From the NCBI GenBank assembly GCA_025594325.1, contig JANHCV010000001.1, positions 3,224,001 to 3,288,000 of the forward strand: a stretch of DNA of 64,000 bases. Direction: 5' to 3'. Origin of the DNA: Blastocladiella emersonii ATCC 22665. Lineage: Eukaryota > Fungi > Blastocladiomycota. The notes beneath the pieces were generated by a model, which ran no database searches, had not been told where the DNA came from, and saw only the letters and a list, made by a program, of their open reading frames with translations. Below are positions 11,854-24,300 of the stretch, piece after piece; position 1 is the first letter of the stretch, and each line of letters starts with the position of its first letter. The position numbers and the translations under genes are program-made.

Positions 11854-13225
11854 TCACTGAACGTGCTCGAAAAGCGCGTCCCACTACACACAAATCGCAC
11901 GCGACGGTTAGTCGGGCCTTACGCACCACCCCTTCGCTGAACCGTACCAACTCGGGCGTACCCTGGCCCGCCTCCCACACGGCGACACCCGCGCCCGCGG
12001 CCTCGACGACGCCGACGCGCGCCGCGACGCTCTCGGGGCTCGGATACCACACGAGCTCGCGAATCTCCTCGCCGTCGTCGGCCGTCGACTCGGCCGCGAT
12101 GAAGTGCTCGGCGTACTCGTCGACCCACTCGCGCAGCGCGCCCGGCCGCGCCGCGACCTCGGCCGCCTCGTGGCCCAGGATCGGTGCGTGGTCGATGATG
12201 GCCTCGCGCGACGGGGAGACGCGGATCCGCATGCCGTAGAAGTTGAGGCCTAGGTTAGAGCGGGTGTGAGTTGGTCGTGTGAAAGGGGTTTTGAGGGCAG
12301 TGTGGGCGTACCGACGAAGAGTTTGGCGCACGACGTGAGGCACAAGCTACATGAGAGCAAAGTGAGCGAGGAAACGGGCGCAGCGATGCAACGGTACGCC
12401 GTACCGCTCGACGTTCTTGTGAACCCACTGGATCGGCGCGTTGGGCCCGTACTCGCCGCGGCCCGCCGAGTAATCGTACGTCATCAACGAGAAGCCCTCA
12501 ATCAGCGGCGCAAGCTTGCGGTACGCGGCGGCGCCGAACACGGCCTGGGCGCTGTGGGCGTCCGTGACCTGGTCGGTGTGGTACGGCGGGACGACGAGGA
12601 CGAGCCGGAACCCCTCGCTCTTGAACGCCTGCGACGCCTCGGCGATGAAATCCACGAGGTACGGCAGCACGTTGGTCATCTCGAGCACGGCGCCGTCATA
12701 CCCGTGCTCCTTGCACGCAAGCATGAGCAGCCCGAACAGCAGCTTGGCGCGGTCGCGCACCTGGATCAGCTGCATGTACTCGTGTCGCGGCCAGTCGTCG
12801 AGCGTGAACCGCGGCAGGACCAGCGGCCGCGCGTCCTTGGGCAGGGCGCGGATCGCATCGAGCCACGTCGTGTTGCGCTCGTGCGTCGCCAGCTCGTACA
12901 GCGTCGTTGACGCGCTGATCCGCACCCCGTGCCACGTCGGCGAAACGTGCGTGATGTGCGCCGCGTGCGCGAGCGTCGCGTCGTACCCGGCGCGGTTCCA
13001 CGGCGTGATGTAAACCAGGCTGCGCATCCGCTTCTTGGCCGCCGCTGCCGGAGTGGCCGAGGTGCTCGTGGTGGGGGTTGCGGCGGCGGAAGCGGTCTCG
13101 GGCGCTGTGGCGGAGGCAGTCTCGGGGGCCTCGGCGCGGACGGCACCCACGGCGACGAACAGGAGCGCAGCCAGCGCAAGGGCGAGGAGGAAACCACGAC
13201 GTCGATGCATTGCGGCAAGTTTCAT
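11854..13225 (-). CDS. Chitinase domain-containing protein (CHID1-like, GH18 fold, probably non-catalytic), multi-exon
   Basis: Signal peptide; LVYITPWNRAGYD, ITHVSPTW, YDGAVLE (degenerate DxxDxDxE), FSLMTYDYS, GPNAPIQWV, WYPSPESVAARV...VAVWEAGQG. Confidence 0.8.
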
Positions 13226-13427
13226 CGAGCTACTGGGCTGCGCCGTGGTGATGTGAAGCGAGCTGGAGGAGAAGCGAAGCTGCATCGAACGGGAGGGGTG
13301 TGTGGCAACGACGACGGCTGTGGCGCAGCGCGCGCGGGCGGGGGAGCTTCTCGCTCAGTCGGTCAGCGTGGGACGACAGGGCAAAGTACCAAGAAAAAAA
13401 CGATCATTACAACAAACCAACCCGCCG

Positions 13428-14976
13428 TCACTGCTTGGAGGCCAGGTACTTGACAATGGCGTCGCGGACCCACGGCTGGCGGTAAAAGTCGGCGCGGCGG
13501 GCGTCGCTGCGGTTGACGCTGGTCCCGGCGAGGATGATCTGGAGGTCGCGGCTCTGCGACTCGACGAACCGGTTGAGGAACCCGACCGGGTCCTTGGCGA
13601 ACGCCAGCATGAAGTCGCGCTTGAGCCGGTGGTTGTTGAGCGACACGATGGCCGCCGAGATCTGCGCGTCGAGCTCGGCAATCTCGCGCTGGTTGTCGGT
13701 CGCCGTCAGGATCGCGTGCAGCTTGGACTTGGTCTGCACGTCGTCGAGCTCCACCTCCACGTCGTACACGTGCTGCGCCGCCGTGAACTCCTGGTCGACC
13801 CTGAACACGGAGCAAGCGAGGTAGAGAGTTAGGATGGCGCTGTGGGAGCGGAGAGCGACGGAGAACACGTACTTGACGACGTAGTGCAGCACGATCGGGT
13901 CTGGTGGGAAAATGTGCCGCGTGATGAGGTCCGGGATCTGCGGGAACAGGATCTGGTTCGTGTTGAAGATCTACATGCGGGAACGGGGTCAGCAGTCGCG
14001 GTCCCTCGGCGAGGAGGCAGCGGCCGTACCTGCTTGAGGTGCGCGTCGCAGTTGACGATGCGCTTGTCGTCGGCGTCGAGCAGGTTGTGGTGCTACAACA
14101 CGAGCATATCGTCAGCAACCGTTCCGCCGTCGGGAGCGCGGTGCATAGCCGTACCTTGATGTACTGCCAGACACCGAGCAGGATCTGGGACTTGGTGCGG
14201 AGCTGACGCAGGCCGACCTTGTTCGGGCCGCCGACGTCAAACTGGATCACCTTGGCGAGGTCGTCCGAGACCTTGAACTTGTCGGGCCCGTAGTCCATGC
14301 GCATCGTGATCTTGACGGCCACGTCCGTGTCGCCGCGTCGCTTGACCTCGAACCCGTCGAACTCGGCGTCGAGCTTGTCGGGCTTGAGGAACTCGACAAT
14401 GTTGGACTCGTTGTACAAGTGCGGGTCGCGCTCCACCTCCACCACAATGTGCTTGACGAAATGGGTGAACTTGCGTGGTGGGGGAGCCGCCGCCGACTTG
14501 GACCGCGTCGTCGTCGCAGACTGCACATCGATCAGTCGGCCCTCGATCCGCAGCGTCCAGTTCGGCACCCGGCCTTCGGCCATCTCGGCGGCCCCGAGGT
14601 GCTGGTCCGCCGCGTAGTTGGAGATGAAGATGCGCAGCGTGCCGCGCGTCTACACGGAGTTGGGGCTCGGTGAGAAACAGTTCAGCAGATCCGCGAAGAG
14701 GGAATGCGGGCGGGCAGGCGCGCACGCACCTTGATCGGCTTGGCGAGTGCGTCCTGGATCTCGAGGCGCTTGCGCTGGATGACAGCGTCAATCTTCCGCT
14801 CGGCCTCCTGCAGCCGCTTGTAGTACTCGGACTCAGGCACGATCTGCTCCACCTAGTGTGCCGCAGAGCATGCTTCAGTGTCTTGCATCCCCGCGTGCGG
14901 GTCCAGGGGAAGTCGCCGCTACCTTCTTGGGCAGGTTGCGCTCCAGCGCCTTCTTCTTGCGTTGCGTTGATGACAT
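13428..14976 (-). CDS. SNF12: SWI/SNF-RSC SWIB/MDM2-domain subunit (Snf12/Rsc6/SMARCD family), multi-exon
   Basis: WTLRIEGRL, KFTHFVKHIVVEV, FDGFEVKRRGD, ILLGVWQYIK, YDVEVELDD, KRDFMLAFAKDPVGFLNRFVESQSRDL, ADFYRQPWV. Confidence 0.9.
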
Positions 14977-15164
14977 GGCGATGGTGATAGTATTGCAGCA
15001 AGTTTTACGCTTGTGCGGCCGCGTTTAGACGAGGTTCGCTCGTCGAGGGGAGAGCGGGACGCGAGCGGCGGCTCGCCGCGGCCCTGCCGGCTTCCGCGTC
15101 ATGTGATGCGCCACGACGGGATTGCGATTCCCCGCATTGCAGGTCAGTGCAGGGATGCTTTCTA

Positions 15165-15370
15165 CACACCCAAAATCGCACAACCATGGCTGACGTCAGG
15201 GGACCAGATTTGGTCAGCGGACGGTGACTTGACGTCGCGATCTGACGTCGGCTGACGACCCTTGACGTGCGCCGGCGAGCGGGTCGGACCAGCCGCCGTT
15301 GGACCGTCCGCGGTTCGAATCCCGCAGCACTCGCGCATATTCCTCTGTCGCGCGAGGTCTTGATATTCTC
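15165..15370 (+). repeat. Left 206-bp TIR
   Basis: Reverse complement of 16908-17113. Confidence 0.95.
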
Positions 15371-15694
15371 TACGTGCAGCCTGACCACAGCCCGACCCGC
15401 TCTAAATCGTAGCAACCGCTCACGTGGGCACACCTGAGGAAAGCTCGCTAAGCGCTGGCACGGGGCACGTGGAGGCACATGGGTTCGAAAACAACGATTT
15501 ATTACACGTCACAAATGGCCGATCACAGATGGGGACGGCGGCGGGGATGCCGCGGCAGGTGCCCGTCAAGAAGAGGGCATAGCCGCGCGACTTGGTGCTT
15601 GGAGGCCGGCGCTAGTCGTGGCGCAGGGCGACGCGCGCGACGCGTGGGCAGCAGCGAGGCCTTGGCGAAAGCACACGGACGGGAGGTCGACAGC

Positions 15695-15740
15695 ACGAGG
15701 ACAGCTTGGCCTTGTACACGAGGACAGCTTGGCCTTGTAC
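15695..15740 (+). repeat. 23-bp direct tandem duplication inside the TIR element
   Basis: acgaggacagcttggccttgtac twice. Confidence 0.9.
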
Positions 15741-16907
15741 GAGGACCGCAGGTGGGGCAGATCATGCGTAGGTCGGCGTGGATCGGCAGCTTGGCGGGCA
15801 GCAGCAGCTTGAACTGGGACTGTGCGAGTTCTAGAGGAGAAATGACGATGTACAGGGTCAGTGAGAGCGGGACACGGGAATCCAGGGAGACGCAAACGTA
15901 CGGAGCGCCGAAGCCGAGCGGGTGCAGCGGTCGCGCGGCAGTTTCGATTGTTGACGAGCACGACCATGGCCTAGATTACGTAGCGCAATGAGTCGTTCGT
16001 TCTGCCTGAGCGCGCGTCCACACGAAGGCACGTACGATCACGTAGCCTTGATGCCAGCGAAACAGCGGAGACGGCGATCGAGTGCGAGTCAAGCACGCTA
16101 CGGGTGGAGGTCGACGGTGGAAGGGATTCTGGCGGTGAGCACACGGGAGAGTAGACGCAGCGTGCGCAGAAGTGCGTACAGCGCGAACTCGGGGGCTGCA
16201 TCGGTGGAGCGCGAGGACAGGGCAAACAGCTGAACACCGTGCAGCTTGAGGTGCTACGCGGCGCACGTCTCGCGGCGGCGGGGCATCATGGGGCAGCGCT
16301 CGAGGATGTTGGGCGTGGGGCGTGGGGCGGGGCGCTCATGGCCGGGGGCTATGATCCTGGAGGAGAAGTCCACGAAGGCGGCGGCGGTGGCGCTTTGTAG
16401 GCGGCGGTGGTGGCGGCTGCGGCGAACCGCGAAGGATCAGGCCCCGCGGTCAGCTGGCATCAGCTGATGCGCCACGCTCACGCGTCGCTCGCGTCGCAGC
16501 CCAGTCGGAGCTGGGCGGACCGGACACCCTGCCATGCGCGCGGCGATCGCGCTACACATGTCCCGCTTGGTGCATTCTACAGAGAGAGACCTGTTGATTG
16601 AGCGCTGCTTTACACGGAGTCCGAGTTGGCGAGATCGCTCCGCGCATCGCGGCGGTTCGCTTGCTCACCCGGCTTGCGTTTCGGCTGCACTCATCGTTAG
16701 CTCTCTACATCCTTCCTGTCCACTGCACGCTCTACTGTTGTCGCCGTCGCATGCCGCGACACTCAAGACGAGCTACCAATCGTGAGAAACAAATCGGCCC
16801 TAAATCCCCTCTTGAGACGCCGTGGTGGCCCTTGAGAGCGCGAGGGCCCTTTTCCGAAGCAGTTAAGAGTATACCATGTGTTTGGGAGCGGGGGAGGCCG
16901 GAGCGTG

Positions 16908-17113
16908 GAGAATATCAAGACCTCGCGCGACAGAGGAATATGCGCGAGTGCTGCGGGATTCGAACCGCGGACGGTCCAACGGCGGCTGGTCCGACCCGCT
17001 CGCCGGCGCACGTCAAGGGTCGTCAGCCGACGTCAGATCGCGACGTCAAGTCACCGTCCGCTGACCAAATCTGGTCCCCTGACGTCAGCCATGGTTGTGC
17101 GATTTTGGGTGTG
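16908..17113 (-). repeat. Right 206-bp TIR
   Basis: Reverse complement of 15165-15370. Confidence 0.95.
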
Positions 17114-17258
17114 TAGAATGGTTAAAATGGCCATGGCCATCTATTTCATCAGTAGAGGGGTCGGAGCCCGTCGCAGGGCGGCCGTTGGAAGCGAGCCCAC
17201 GTGTTTGATCGTCGCGTCTCGCGCCCTGTCTCAAGCGGGGCGCCTTCCAGGTCTGCGC

Positions 17259-18551
17259 TCAGCTCGCCCATGCAGGAGGTTCGATGCCAAAGTCAAGGCC
17301 GAGACGGGGAAACTCGTAGCGAACTGCACACAGGTCGAGGGCCATCAGTCGCTCTTCCGAATCAGGGATTGAGAAGGTCGAGGTTGGAGGCCACACGCTC
17401 GCTACACCGATGGCCCGAGCCATAATCGAGTGCGAGAGAAAGGACCGGTAGCCGGGATTGTAGAGTGGGTCGTTGATGATGGGGTGGCCGATCGCAGCGA
17501 GGTGGCGACGGATTTGGTGGAAGCGACCAGTCTTTGGAAGACCTACACACACAAGTCGCCGGCGGCGATGAGCTTCGCACGGTCCGTGACGCATAGAGCG
17601 GAGCGTACATTCAACGATGGAAACGGGCCGGCCATGGAGATCGGAGTAAGAGAGCACGCGGCAGATGGTGAGCGCATTCTGGTTGTCGTGAGCTGAGCGC
17701 GAAGGCAGCGCTCCGCCGAGAGGAACGACAATGACCTGTTCGCGTCTACCAATCAACCGTGAGTTATAGAACAACTCCTCTACGGTCAACGGATCGTACT
17801 CTTTGACGTGTCCGACCACGCGCGCGAGGTAAGTCTTTTGAACGTCGTGGTTCCGGAGCGCCATTGAAAGCTGAGCGGCCATCTCACGATGCTTGGCCAT
17901 GACGATGAGTCCGGAGGTGAGAGCATCGAGGCGGTGGATCACGCTCAAGTCGCGGTAGCCGAGCTCGCTCTCGAGGATGCCCGTCAGCGTGTTGTGCACG
18001 TAGCGCGCGTTGGCGTGCAGCGGCACACTCGGAGGCTTGTTCACGACAAGCACGTCGGCGTTGTCGCACACGACGGACACGGGCACACTGAGCACATCGG
18101 GATCGTGCCGCCGGACGGTCGTCTGGATTGAATCGTGCAGCCGAAGCGGATATCCCGGGTCAGCGACGTGGTGTCCGCTGACGAGGACGTGGCCTTCGAC
18201 GATCATTCGTTCAACGGTCGCGCGGTCGCGAAGCCGCGAGAACTCGGCCGTGATCACCTCGACGAGCGGCCGGCCGACCCACCTGCCCTTGACCGTCGTG
18301 TTGAAGCGGAAGAGGAAGGGCTCGACGCGCCTCAACGGGACGCCTCGCGTCAGCGCTGCTGCTGGTCTCGAGGCGGCGAGCGGGGTGCCGTCGACGACGG
18401 ACACGACTGCCCTTTCAAGTGGCCCGGTGGCCCAAGCAAGCCCGCGATTCATTCGTTGCATCAAGTTGTCACGGGCCGAGGGAGCCGGACGGGTTCTTGG
18501 CGCGACAGTCTGGGGCTGAGTCTGGGGTCTCCGCGGCCGCGGCGACGCCAC
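17259..18551 (-). CDS. RluA-family RNA pseudouridine synthase (RPUSD2/PUS9/RIB2-like)
   Basis: FNTTVKGRWVGR, VVNKPPSVPLH, catalytic IHRLDALTSG, KTYLARV; ECLPKTGRFHQIRRHL after removing the 66-nt intron 17543-17608; GHPIINDPLY. Confidence 0.87.
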   Translation of the reverse strand: MASPRPRRPQTQPQTVAPRTRPAPSARDNLMQRMNRGLAWATGPLERAVVSVVDGTPLAASRPAAALTRGVPLRRVEPFLFRFNTTVKGRWVGRPLVEVITAEFSRLRDRATVERMIVEGHVLVSGHHVADPGYPLRLHDSIQTTVRRHDPDVLSVPVSVVCDNADVLVVNKPPSVPLHANARYVHNTLTGILESELGYRDLSVIHRLDALTSGLIVMAKHREMAAQLSMALRNHDVQKTYLARVVGHVKEYDPLTVEELFYNSRLIGRREQVIVVPLGGALPSRSAHDNQNALTICRVLSYSDLHGRPVSIVECTLRSMRHGPCEAHRRRRLVCVGLPKTGRFHQIRRHLAAIGHPIINDPLYNPGYRSFLSHSIMARAIGVASVWPPTSTFSIPDSEERLMALDLCAVRYEFPRLGLDFGIEPPAWAS

Positions 18552-18774
18552 ATGCTCCCATCACGGCGACCAAGGCGGCGGCGACGCGCCACGTCGCGAC
18601 CTTGACCTTCGCCCCTTCCCTCCTCTCAATCCCTAGCAACGAAGCGATTCGAACGCAACGCATCAACAACACGTACTCGCTGCAACGACACCGACAACCG
18701 ACCTTGACCAGGCGCTCGACCAATCGATCATTGAGCGGGAAGAAGAGCACCGCCACCACCGCCGACAATCCGCC

Positions 18775-20564
18775 ATGGCGCCCGAGCCCATCCTCGCCCC
18801 CGCTCTGGCCCCGGCGGCGACCGAGCCCGAGAAGCTCGATGTGTCGCCCGTGACGCGCATCCCGCGCACCACGTCGCCGACGCGCCTGAGCCCGCAGAGC
18901 CACCTGCACGCGCGCCCCGGCCGCCACCTCACCGACTCGACGCTGTCGTCGGCGTCCTCGACATCTGTGTCGTCGTGCCGCATCTCCAAGCCCTCGTCGC
19001 GCCGCGGGAGCCCGTTCCGCGCGCGCTCGTCCAAGCTCGACCTCGAGCGGCTCGAGCGCGACAAGGACGACTTCCGCGGCTTCTTTGTCCTGTTCTGGGT
19101 CGCCATGGGCTTCTACACCCTGCTCACCATGGTCAACAACCTGCAGACCACGGGCATCCTGTTCGGCCTCGGCACCTTCCGCCTCATGACGTCCAACCTG
19201 CTCGGCCTGGTCCGCGACGACCTCATGATCGTCGCCTCGCTCTTCTCGGCCTTTGTCCTCAACTGGCTCATGAAGATGCACGTCTTCCGCCACCCGCTCG
19301 TGCGCGCCGTGCTGCAGCACACGGTCCAGTCCGTCTTCTTCTTTGGCTGGCTCTCGTGGATCTGGCACCGCGACCTGCCGTGGGTCCAGTCCGGCACCCT
19401 GACGCTGCACGTCATCGCGATGCTGTTCAAGATCCACTCGTACAACCAGTACAACGGCGAGCTCAACGAGCGGTACTGGGCCGACCGCCGCGTGCGCGCC
19501 GAGTACAAGCTGCTCGAGTCCGTGGCCGACCCGACCGCCGCGACCGTCACGTCACGGCTTGAGGAGGTCAAGGCCAAGCTCGCCGAGCTCGAGACCGAGC
19601 TGTGCCCCGGCGGCACCGTGCGCTACCCGGACAATGTCACGCTCGCCAACTTTGCCGACTACCTGCTGTGCCCGACGCTCGTGTACGAGCTCGAGTACCC
19701 GCGCACCCAGTCGATCCGCTGGTCCTACGTTTGCGAGAAGCTCGCCGCGACGCTCGGCAGCATCATGCTCATGTACATCACGGTCGAGCACTACATCCTG
19801 CCCGTGCTCCACAACATGCGCAACATGACGTTTGCCGGCCTCCTCGCGCAGCTCTTCTTCCCGTTCATGATCTGCTACCTCATGACCTTCTACATCATCT
19901 TCGAGTGCGTCTGCAACGGGTTTGCCGAGATTACGCGGTACGGTTTGCGACTGGTTGACTGGCTGGTTCCTCGCCATCATGCGGCTGACTCTTGGCACCG
20001 TATAGGTTCGCGGTACGCTGGATGCTTGCGCGAGACTCGGCGACACCCATTGGTCGTACTCTGACGTATGTACACCCGCGTCACTTCTAGGATCGCAACT
20101 TTTACGGGCTCTGGTGGAACTCGTCGTCGTTTGACCAGTTTGCGCGCGAGTGGAACAAGCCGGTCCACGAGTTCCTGCTGCGTCACGTCGTGCGTGTCGA
20201 GCAGTCTCACTCACGCTCGAACCCCTCACGTCTCGCCCGACTAATCAAATCAATCACGCGCCACCGCCGCTGATAGTACCTCGAGTCGATCCAGAACTAC
20301 AAGGTGTCCAAGAAGAACGCGACGCTGCTCACATTCCTCTTCAGCTCGTGCCTCCACGAGCTCGCCATGATCATCGTGTCGCGCAAGTTCCGCATGTACC
20401 TGTTCCTGCTGCAAATGTTCCAGCTCCCGCTCATCTGGCTCGGGCGGCTGCCGTGGAGCCGCCGCCACCCGGTCGCGGGCAACGCCTTTTTCTGGTTCGG
20501 CATGTTCGCCGGCCCGCCGCTGCTCGCCATCTCGTACTGCTTCGAGTACTACTACTACCTCTGA
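18775..20564 (+). CDS. ARE2: Sterol O-acyltransferase (ARE/SOAT, MBOAT family), multi-exon
   Basis: DFRGFFVLFW, MLFKIHSY, YPDNVTLANF, PTLVYELEYPRT, FECVCNGFAEITR, FYGLWWNSSSFDQFAREWNKPVHEFLLRHV (exon at ~20091-20190), SSCLHEL. Confidence 0.9.
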
Positions 20565-21032
20565 ATGGGGCCTTCCAAGAACAAGGGAAGCAACAGTATT
20601 GCGTGGCCGCCGTTCTGCGGCCCGCATAGGATGTGAACACGTAACTAACTGAATGAGAAGCCAATTGATATTGCAGTTGATGCGAGATCTGAGGAGGGAC
20701 CTAAAGGTTGAGCGGATCCCATCGATGTCAGTGCACCCGCTGGATGCACCGGTCGGGGTCGAGTGAGGGCAGTTGTTGGGTGAGCCAACCCGTAGATTTC
20801 AACGCGATACAGACATAAACCATAGATAGCACTTAAAGATGATCTATAGCCGGTGTGCTCTAGAGTGCGTGACCTGAGAAGCGCAGCCTGGCTAGAAACC
20901 AGGAGGAGACTTGGCAGACCCTCGATGCTGTTGCGGCCAAGGACAACCCACAGACCAAAGCCGACCCACACGTTCAGCAAGAATCGAAGGATAAAGGGCA
21001 ACGACGGTGGTTGTAGGGCCGCACGCACCTTC

Positions 21033-21072
21033 ACGGGAGTACGGGAGCACGGGAGCACGGGAGCACGGGAGC
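21033..21072 (+). repeat. 8-bp tandem repeat, 5 copies
   Basis: acgggagt followed by (acgggagc)x4. Confidence 0.9.
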
Positions 21073-21380
21073 CTGAGCTGGGTCATGCTGTTGCTGCCCG
21101 TCGCGGTAGTCGTCGTTGGCCATCATGATCGATTTCGCGTGTCCTAACGTGCGAGCGGACAGAAGCAGCGCGCGTGCGCGTGCGCGAGCGTGTGTGTGTG
21201 TATTGTCCGCGCGGCGCGGGGGAAATATCTACGCGCAACATCGGGCACGGAGGGGCGAGCAGTGAGATGCGCTGCGCCACCACGCAAACGCGTCGTTCAT
21301 AAATCGCTGCGGCAAGCTTCTGCTGCTGCTGCTGCGGCGCGCGCCGGTCGTCCGAAGTCGAGTGGTGAAATTTGAGATAT

Positions 21381-24300
21381 GCAGAGCATTGCGATTCACC
21401 AGGGGGAAAACGAACTCGACACCCGATTTCGGTCGCGGGCTCGCGGCGGCGGCGGCCGGCGGCCGGCGACTGGTAAATACCCCGATCAGCCTTGGCCGGC
21501 GGCAAGGGACGCGGTCGCGGGCGGGCGGCGGGAGTCGTCCTCGCTCGTTCAAACTGACGAGTCAGGCAAAAAAAAATCCTTATCAACATTTCCTGTGATG
21601 GCGGCACACGTGGAGAGACGTCCCTGGCGCAGCCACGCCTGCGCCCACCCCGGTAGGGTTTGGATATGGCACGCAGGCGTAGGGGCGAGGTTTCGTCAAT
21701 CCAAAGCTAGCACCTAGGGACTACGCCGGCTCTGCCAACGTGCCTTGACCGTGGGAGAACCACCCAGCGCAATGCGGACGGGGCGCGCCGCGGCATGCGC
21801 GGATGCGAGGCGCCGGATGGGCGACTCGCGCGCGGCGCGTGGCGCGCGTGCGTCCACTGCACGTGGGTGGCGCAGCGCGTCTCCAGCCGTCCGTGCGCCC
21901 GGGTCCGGCAGCCGGCAATCTCCGTGATCCGTTGCCCACCAATTGGTGCAACTTTCATCACGAATCGTGCCAGCAGGGCGGCCGGGAACCGCCCGTGCTC
22001 GGCACCGGCGCACGCACACTCGGCATTCGAGTGAGAAATGATGATGCACCAAGCGTGGGTCCCGGGCGTCCAACTATTTATTTACTGCGGGGTGGAGGTG
22101 GGCATCGGTTCGCCCGTCCCTGCCCATGGGTGTGCGCGCGCGATCCACCCGTGGCGCGCGATGAAGAAGATTCCTCGGGGCCCACGCGGGCGGGCCCACG
22201 CGGCCCGCGCGCTCGGCTCGGGCCTCAGTCCGCCCCGTTCGATCGGAGCTCCCTGCCGAATCGCGAGCAAGGCAAGCTTTCGTGCCGCCGCACGCACGCG
22301 CGCGCCGCGCGTTTCCCCCAGATCGCGTCTTCCCCCGATCACGTCTCCCGTCGCGCCGCATACCCGAATCGCTCGTGCGCGCGCCGGCAGTAGAACATGG
22401 CATGGCGCACACGGCGCGACCCTGCCCATGGACCACGACCCTGCCCATGGACCACGACCCTGCCCATGGACCACGACCATGACCATGGCCATGGCCATGA
22501 TCATGCCAAACTGAACGAGTCCATCGCATCGCTCTACACACACTCGCTTCTATTTCTCTTCGTTACTCCTGCTCCTACTCTTCTACCCCCACTCTCCTAC
22601 GCGCGGCGCAAGTCGCCCGCCGACGCCTGCCGCTACGCCTTGTGCCACCGCTGCGCCAGATCGCGCATCGCCGCGGCGATCACGTTGCGCTCGCCCTCGG
22701 ACCACTCGCTGTGCTCGAGGACCGCGGACTCGACCATGTCCATGTCGACCATGCACAGCGCGACGAGGGTCCGGACGGCCGCGTCCGCCGTCCCCAGACA
22801 CTCGCTGCAGCTGCGCCGGGCGGGACCGTCGTGGACCTCGCCGACCTCGTCGTCCTTGTCGCTGCCGCCGCTGCCGTGAGCGTGAGCGTGAGCGTGAGCG
22901 TGAGCGCGAGCGTGCACGTCGTCGCCGGCCTCGTCGACCTTGCGCTGCTGCTGCTGCTGCTGGAGCTTGGACTGGAGCCACCCGCCCTCCCAGTGGCGGT
23001 CGATGAACCGCGCGATCGCGACCTTGCCGCGCTTGGGCAGGCGCTTGAGGTTGCCCATGGCCTCGCACACGGCCATGATCACCGCCCACATGCCCTCGAA
23101 CCAAACTTGGCCGTCCTGCAGGTCGCACGACGACGACGCGCACGCAGCCGCGCAGTCGCCCGGCGTGCGGCGGGTCGGCTTGGGCAGCTTGGCGCGCGTG
23201 TGACCCACGCCGTCGCCCGCGCCGTACTGCGCCTCGAGCATGGTCGCGAACACGACGAGCAGCAGCGGCGTGTCGTCCTCGAACACGGTCTCGGCGCCTG
23301 CGGCGCGGATCATGGTGAGGAAGCGCTCGCGCGCGTCCAGGTCCTGCCGCCCGTCGCGGCCGCGGCCGCTCGCGAGCACCCCGAACGCCCACGACGCCTG
23401 CGGGTCCGCCATGACGGACTCGATCGCCTTCTTGATCTCCTCGGGCGGCGCGGTGCGGCCGACGTTGACGCCGACGACGCCGAGGAGCGGCGACAGGACC
23501 ACGGCCATGATGTCGGCCGGGTTCGCCACGGGCTCCGGGACACTGAGCACAGCCACCACCGCCGCCGCCAGGTCCGCGTCAAAGACGAGGGCGCCGATCG
23601 ACGTCACCGTGGTGCTCCACAGCGCGCCGCCAGCGTCGCGCGTGAATGCGGCGTCGTTCCGCCGGACGCCGTCGCGCAGCGAGGCGAGCAGCTGCTGGCC
23701 CAGGAGCGGCAGAGACGCGCGGCGGTCGACGCCGTTGCTGGCCGCCATGCCCGCAACCTCGTTCTCGACGGCAGCTTGCCCGATGGCCACGGCAAAGGCT
23801 ACGGTTCGGGCGGGAGGCGTCGTGGCGTTAGTCGGGTGGTCGCCCCAAGGAGCACAGGAGGGAGGCGCGGGAAGATACGGACCACGGGCGAGGATGGCGT
23901 GCTTGAGCTCGGGCGAGGCCTCGCCGTTGACCTCAGCCCAGAAGCGCGGGGCTGCGTTGCGGAACAGGTCGAGGAAGAGGGCGAACGCGTTCTCGGGCTC
24001 GCGCTCGACCCATTCCTGCTTGGCCGACACGGCGTCGACCAGCGACCGCGTTGCGACGCGGAGGCACAGGTCGTAGACGCGGGCGAACGCGTGCGCGTTG
24101 GTGGCGGCGCCGGGGCCGCCGGCGGCGGCGGCGGCCCTGCACACGCGGACGTAGTCGTCGTACCCGTAGCCGAGGACGCGGGCCGTGCAGCGCACCACCT
24201 CTTTATCCGACGCGAGCGTGTCCTCGACGAACCGGATCTCGGCAGGGTCGAGCGGGGCGAGGAAGGTTGCCGCCACCGCGTGGCTCTCGGTCAGGATCTC

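Larger units (their letters stand above)
15165..17113. mobile_element. Non-autonomous TIR DNA transposon, probably a Tc1/mariner derivative, 1949 bp
   Basis: 206-bp terminal inverted repeats (15165-15370 and 16908-17113) beginning CACACCCAAAATCG; TA on both sides (15163-64, 17114-15) in a ttcTAgaa context; no intact transposase ORF inside. Confidence 0.8.

Noticed and set aside
15300-15330. tRNA gene
   Set aside because: Only a T-loop/B-box-like motif; no acceptor stem, D arm or anticodon arm could be folded
20645-21058. ORF with NVWVGFG resembling a Tc1-family VxVW motif
   Set aside because: A single short motif, non-coding-like composition, no DDE residues or termini
22417-22478. CRISPR-like array (also 6369-6467 and 15695-15740)
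   Set aside because: Head-to-tail repeats without unique spacers, in a eukaryotic context with no cas genes
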